DNA from: Candidatus Nanopelagicales bacterium
GTDB taxonomy: Bacteria > Actinomycetota > Actinomycetes > S36-B12
Direction: 5' to 3'
DNA: 64,000 nucleotides
NCBI GenBank assembly: GCA_040398845.1
Contig: JBBATH010000009.1
Span: 9,199 to 73,198, forward strand
The notes beneath the pieces were generated by a model. That model did not search any database. It was not told the DNA's origin and saw only the letters and a program-made list of their open reading frames with translations. Below, in pieces: positions 59,886 through 64,000 of this stretch. Every line of letters starts with the position of its first letter. The first letter of the stretch is position 1. The translations under genes and the position numbers were made by a program.

Positions 59886-61279
59886 GGTTCATTCTCCTGC
59901 GCTGAGGGGTCCGCCGCCGATTCCGACGGTGCTGGCAAGCCTAGCCGCTCACCCCTGCGGGCCCCGCCGAGTCGTTCTGCGATCTGGCCCCAAGCGGCCT
60001 CCGCGCCGTGCGAGGTTGGGCGGTAGTACACGGCGCCGGCGAGCACGTCAGGGAGGTACTGATGAGTGGCCACGCCACCGGGCACGTCATGGGGGTACAC
60101 GTAGCCCTTGCCATGCCCGAGGGACGCCGCCCCCTGGTAGTGGGCATCGCGCAGCCACGGGGGCACGGTTCCGACTCTGCCGCGACGCACGTCGGCCACT
60201 GCGGCGCTGATCGCGACGACAACAGCATTGGACTTCGGCGCGAGCGCCGCATGCAGGGTCGCGTGGGCCAGGATGATCTGAGCCTCCGGCATGCCGATCA
60301 GCGCCACGGCCTGCGCCGCCGCTACAGCGGTCTGAAGGACCGAGGGATCAGCCATCCCAATATCTTCGCTCGCCAGGATCATCAGCCTCCTCGCGACGAA
60401 CCGTGGATCCTCCCCTGCCTCCAGCATGCGGGCGAGATAGTGAATCGCGGCGTCGGGGTCACTCCCCCGTACGCTCTTGATGAACGCGCTCACGACGTCA
60501 TAGTGCTGGTCGCCGTCCTTGTCATAGCGGAGCGCTGCATGCTGGACAGCCCGTTCAATGTGCTCGACTTCAAGGAGTGGCCGGGCATCTCCGGCCTGAG
60601 ACCGGGTTCCTGCGGCAGCAGCCTCGAGGGCGGTTAATGCCCGGCGGGCGTCACCCATCGCGAGTTGAGCTAGGACGGCGACTGCGTCATCAGAGATCTG
60701 GACGCGACCACCGAGACCCCGTGGATCGACAACCGCTCTCCGGATGAGCGCTGCGACGTCAGCATCAGCGAGGGAGGTAAGCGTCACGACGACACTGCGA
60801 GATAGCAGCGGGGAGATCACCGAGAAGCTGGGATTCTCAGTCGTGGCCGCAATCAGCGTGACCCAACCGTTCTCCACCGCCGGAAGCAGTGCGTCCTGCT
60901 GGCTCTTCGAGAAGCGGTGCACCTCATCGATGAAGAGCACCGTGCCCCGTCCATGCATCGCGAGCTGGTCGCGTGCACTATCGATGACGCCTCGTACATC
61001 GCGAACGCCTGCGGTCACTGCAGAGAGCTCGGCAAATACTCGACCCGATGCCTTCGACACAAGTGACGCCAGCGTGGTCTTCCCGGTGCCAGGTGGTCCC
61101 CACAGAATCACCGAGATTGTAGAACCCTCACCCGCCGGCCGAAGCAGGTTACGCAGGGGCGATCCTTCGCCAAGGACCGATTCTTGACCAATGACCTCAT
61201 CAACACTGACCGGCCGCATGCGCACCGCAAGGGGCGCCGACGCTCGCAGGGGCGACAGTCCGTCATCGAAGAGCGTCAC
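59882..61279 (-). CDS. rarA: replication-associated recombination protein A (AAA+ ATPase RarA/MgsA)
   Basis: [33 protein letters not shown], and a C-terminal MgsA domain ([28 protein letters not shown]). Confidence 0.93.
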   Translation of the reverse strand: MTLFDDGLSPLRASAPLAVRMRPVSVDEVIGQESVLGEGSPLRNLLRPAGEGSTISVILWGPPGTGKTTLASLVSKASGRVFAELSAVTAGVRDVRGVIDSARDQLAMHGRGTVLFIDEVHRFSKSQQDALLPAVENGWVTLIAATTENPSFSVISPLLSRSVVVTLTSLADADVAALIRRAVVDPRGLGGRVQISDDAVAVLAQLAMGDARRALTALEAAAAGTRSQAGDARPLLEVEHIERAVQHAALRYDKDGDQHYDVVSAFIKSVRGSDPDAAIHYLARMLEAGEDPRFVARRLMILASEDIGMADPSVLQTAVAAAQAVALIGMPEAQIILAHATLHAALAPKSNAVVVAISAAVADVRRGRVGTVPPWLRDAHYQGAASLGHGKGYVYPHDVPGGVATHQYLPDVLAGAVYYRPTSHGAEAAWGQIAERLGGARRGERLGLPAPSESAADPSAQENEP

Positions 61280-62508
61280 GTCCGCAGCCTAGGACGGTAC
61301 ACGGCAAACCCGACGCAGGTGATCCCAACCGCCCCCAATGCCAGCGCAACGGGCGCCATGCCTCGTCCGAGCAATACGCTCCACACCAAAATCCCTATGG
61401 GCGCCACTAGACATGCGGAAAGCAACATCGCGGCAAGGCTCTTCGAGACATCGTGGACCTCCTGCGCTTCGGATGCTGCCCCGAACGTGAGCGCGCGCGA
61501 TGCGAAGCGGCTGGCCCCGAACCCAATCCCCAATATCCCCTCGGCAACCAACTCGATTTCGTTCGACAGCGTTATCGAGGTCACAGCGAGGGCAAGCAGA
61601 ATCCCACCCGCCACCACCGATGCGAGTGCAGAGGACGCGATCAGCGTGCGCTTCACCCGAAGTCGCGACACCACAATTGGTGAGAGCAGTTCCCCGATCG
61701 CGATGCTTGCCAAGAGTAGGCCAGCCCCTTGCAGGAGTGGTTCCCTCCGGAGGGCCTGGGTCAAGGGAACCACGAGGGATGGCATGGGCGCGATGAACAG
61801 CGCCACACCGCATGCGAGGTACGTTGATCGGCGCAGCGCCGGGCTCTGCTTCAGGCTGGTGAGGATGTCACCCCACGGTGTAGGGGTTTGGAGTGGATCG
61901 GCAATCGAGAGTGCTGGACTGAGCCTCAGGGCCAAGAATACGAGTGGGACCCTGAGCAGCCCTGCTACGAGCAAGCCCAGCGCTTCAGTGTCGCTCGTGA
62001 TGAAGACTCCGCCGACCAAGGCACCGATCAATGCTGCCACGCCCTTGACCACGGTCATGCGGGCCATGACTTGCGACATATCGCCTGACGAGAGGTAGGC
62101 CTTGTACACCACGGGTGACAGAACAGCCGTGAATCCGATAAAGCCTCCGAGGACTGGGGCGGCCAAAAGCAAGACCTGGAGCGCAGGAACGCCGAGGACG
62201 ATCAGCAACGCGACGAGGATCCAGCACACAGAAAGCAGGGACGTGGCCCAGGCGTATGCCACGCGCGTACCCATGACTCGACACAGATGAGGGGCGTAGG
62301 GCATGGTCAATGCCCCAGCTACTAAGCCGATGGCAACGTAGATACCCGTGTAGATCGCACCCGAGTCGAAATCGCCCGCCGCCGTTGTGATCCCTGTGGC
62401 ACTGAGGAGGCTCACGGTGCTACCGGCAGTCGCGAGGCCGACACCAAGGACGAAGGCGGCCGCACCCCTGGAACCTCCGGCGCTGGCCGATCGATTCGCC
62501 GGAGTCAC
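61276..62508 (-). CDS. MFS transporter
   Basis: 410 aa with about 12 predicted TM segments and typical MFS loop charge distribution. No substrate inference is possible. Confidence 0.75.
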   Translation of the reverse strand: MTPANRSASAGGSRGAAAFVLGVGLATAGSTVSLLSATGITTAAGDFDSGAIYTGIYVAIGLVAGALTMPYAPHLCRVMGTRVAYAWATSLLSVCWILVALLIVLGVPALQVLLLAAPVLGGFIGFTAVLSPVVYKAYLSSGDMSQVMARMTVVKGVAALIGALVGGVFITSDTEALGLLVAGLLRVPLVFLALRLSPALSIADPLQTPTPWGDILTSLKQSPALRRSTYLACGVALFIAPMPSLVVPLTQALRREPLLQGAGLLLASIAIGELLSPIVVSRLRVKRTLIASSALASVVAGGILLALAVTSITLSNEIELVAEGILGIGFGASRFASRALTFGAASEAQEVHDVSKSLAAMLLSACLVAPIGILVWSVLLGRGMAPVALALGAVGITCVGFAVYRPRLRT

Positions 62509-63311
62509 GACGTATCTTCCGTGACGCTGACCCTCGGCGCCAAGAGGCCGCTTCGATACTCACGCACCTCGGTGAATCCGATTGCCGCGTACAGGGCTCG
62601 ACCTGCTGCATTTGCAGCGTACATTTCCAAGATCGTCACCGGCGAGCCGTCGGAATCGGCCTCGACGACGAGGCGAGAGCACACCGCTCGCGCGTAACCC
62701 CTTCCGCGGAATTCTGGGTCGCAGCACACGCTTACGAGATGTGCCGCACCAGAGGATTCAACCTCCTGACCGGCAACCGCGAGGAGCCGTCCGTCTTTCT
62801 CAACACCAGCCCACCGGATGATGCTCGGGGTACCTGCGAAGATGTGGGCGGAGTCGGAGTGCTTCAGTAAGTCGTCGATTCTCGAGTCATCAAGGTCAAG
62901 GATCGTCGCCTGAGCAGCGAAACGCCGTGTCGCCCCCGTGATCCGATTTGCTGCGAGGGTCCAAAGACACCATTGGCTCGTTTCTGGCGCTCTGAACTCC
63001 TGCGGAAGTGACCCATACGCACTCGCGTGCACCGTCACCCCGTCGAGGGGATCGAGGCGATCAAGTACCCGCAGCAAGCCGGTCACTCGTTCTGCGTCGT
63101 CGCCGAGCACTGTCGCCCACCGCCCGGTTCGACCGCGCCTTCGCCCCGTCCACGCAACATGGTCGCCTTCCGTCACTGCCCCTTCGATGCTGAGGGGGTC
63201 AGCGCGCCATGTCACGAATGGGTCGTCGGGCCGAGCCTGCTGCAATTCACGAAGAAGCGCCGCATGATGAATCGTCACCCCTACCTCCGTGGATGACAGA
63301 CTAATCCCCAT
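62505..63311 (-). CDS. GNAT family N-acetyltransferase with an N-terminal uncharacterised domain
   Basis: The C-terminal half carries the acetyl-CoA motif A (VCCDPEFRGRGYARAV) and motif B (NAAGRALYAAIGF). Confidence 0.8.
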   Translation of the reverse strand: MGISLSSTEVGVTIHHAALLRELQQARPDDPFVTWRADPLSIEGAVTEGDHVAWTGRRRGRTGRWATVLGDDAERVTGLLRVLDRLDPLDGVTVHASAYGSLPQEFRAPETSQWCLWTLAANRITGATRRFAAQATILDLDDSRIDDLLKHSDSAHIFAGTPSIIRWAGVEKDGRLLAVAGQEVESSGAAHLVSVCCDPEFRGRGYARAVCSRLVVEADSDGSPVTILEMYAANAAGRALYAAIGFTEVREYRSGLLAPRVSVTEDTS

Positions 63312-63867
63312 TCGATTGTTCGCTGCGGCCCTTCAGGGCCTGATTCGCGGTACCGGAAACGATTCGAACCGCCACTGCGATGAAGGCGATGTCGAAACCC
63401 ATCTGCACCATTGCAACGGAGCGAGCCGGAATCGTCACAGGGGTGATATCACCGAAGCCGACGGTAGCGAGAACCGTCACCGTGAAGTAGAACGCCGAGA
63501 ACTGATCGAGGTTCTCTGAGAAGCTGACGGGCTCCGCGAGTGACATGGCGTAGTAGGTCACCGAGAAGAACGCGAGGAACATCGCGACGAGGAGCAGGAG
63601 TGCCTCGGTCGCCTGAATGCGAGGGAACTGTGCGCGATGGATACGGCGAAGCTGGAGCCTGAAATACCAGGCGAATGCCAGAAGCATCACGATGCCCATC
63701 GTGATGGGGATCCACAAGTTCAGGTGCGGATTGACGGGCACCAATCGCATCATGACAAATACGAATGCCAGACCAAAGAACATTCGTGCCAGCGACTCAA
63801 GAATGATCCTGACTTTCGCCCTTCGGGAGATGTCAAAGCCGGCTGATGCCTGTTCTGTCGTGTCCAC
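63301..63867 (-). CDS. potassium channel family protein (pore-loop, Ion_trans_2 type)
   Basis: 188 aa with TM helices flanking a pore helix and the selectivity filter TVGFGD (YFTVTVLATVGFGDITP). Confidence 0.85.
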   Translation of the reverse strand: MDTTEQASAGFDISRRAKVRIILESLARMFFGLAFVFVMMRLVPVNPHLNLWIPITMGIVMLLAFAWYFRLQLRRIHRAQFPRIQATEALLLLVAMFLAFFSVTYYAMSLAEPVSFSENLDQFSAFYFTVTVLATVGFGDITPVTIPARSVAMVQMGFDIAFIAVAVRIVSGTANQALKGRSEQSNGD

Positions 63868-64000
63868 GTTCGCTCCAGGTGACGAGGTTGGTGTGCTTCA
63901 CTCAATTCAACCGTACGAGCGAGGACATCGCCCGGGCCAGTTTCAGTCTTCGTTCGTCGGGGCCGGACGCCCATCGGGGTAGAAGGCCGCGGCCGCGGAC

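Noticed and set aside
59644-59892. N-terminal extensions of ORF-track entries: alaS to 59892, pepP to 51114, gap to 22404, pdtaR to 47729, yvcK to 24511, ctaB to 3322, ureAB to 16104, livH to 41242
   Set aside because: Each extension overlaps the neighbouring gene or is Arg/Gly-rich nonsense. Internal starts reproduce canonical N-termini and often form ATGA/GTGA coupling with the upstream stop.

Overview
The window is a high-GC chromosomal segment from an Actinomycetota genome. The lineage markers are RbpA, WhiA, OpcA and a PdtaR-type ANTAR regulator. All family assignments come from motif recognition in the supplied translations; no searches were run.

About 60 genes are tightly packed, and most are conserved housekeeping blocks in the order typical of actinobacteria:
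- ctaA/ctaB, then tkt-tal-zwf-opcA-pgl.
- rbpA, secG, tpiA-pgk-gap, whiA-yvcK-rapZ-uvrC, uvrA.
- uvrB-coaE-rpsA-polA, then pdtaR.
- nusB-efp-pepP-aroQ-aroB-aroK-aroC, aroE-mltG-ruvX-alaS-rarA.

I saw no rRNA, CRISPR array, transposase, integrase or phage genes.

Non-core content, most interesting first:
1. A TetR-flanked seven-gene operon at 10.4-18.6 kb. It joins a PotABCD-type importer, a YtcJ-type amidohydrolase and a urease-like enzyme (fused gamma-beta subunit plus alpha subunit). The urease keeps all metal ligands, but no ureD/E/F/G genes are in the window. This is my best candidate for an undescribed catabolic module.
2. A well-folded 74-nt tRNA with Leu anticodon CAA but a class-I (short variable arm) architecture.
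3. A secreted Vgb-like seven-bladed propeller gene whose signal peptide carries an in-frame TGA.
4. A LivH permease with an N-terminal exported Ig-like domain, encoded next to the ANTAR regulator.
5. Tandem TerC paralogs and a DinB gene translationally coupled to uvrB.

Many long ORFs in the track are antisense or N-terminal-extension artefacts of GC-rich DNA and were rejected.
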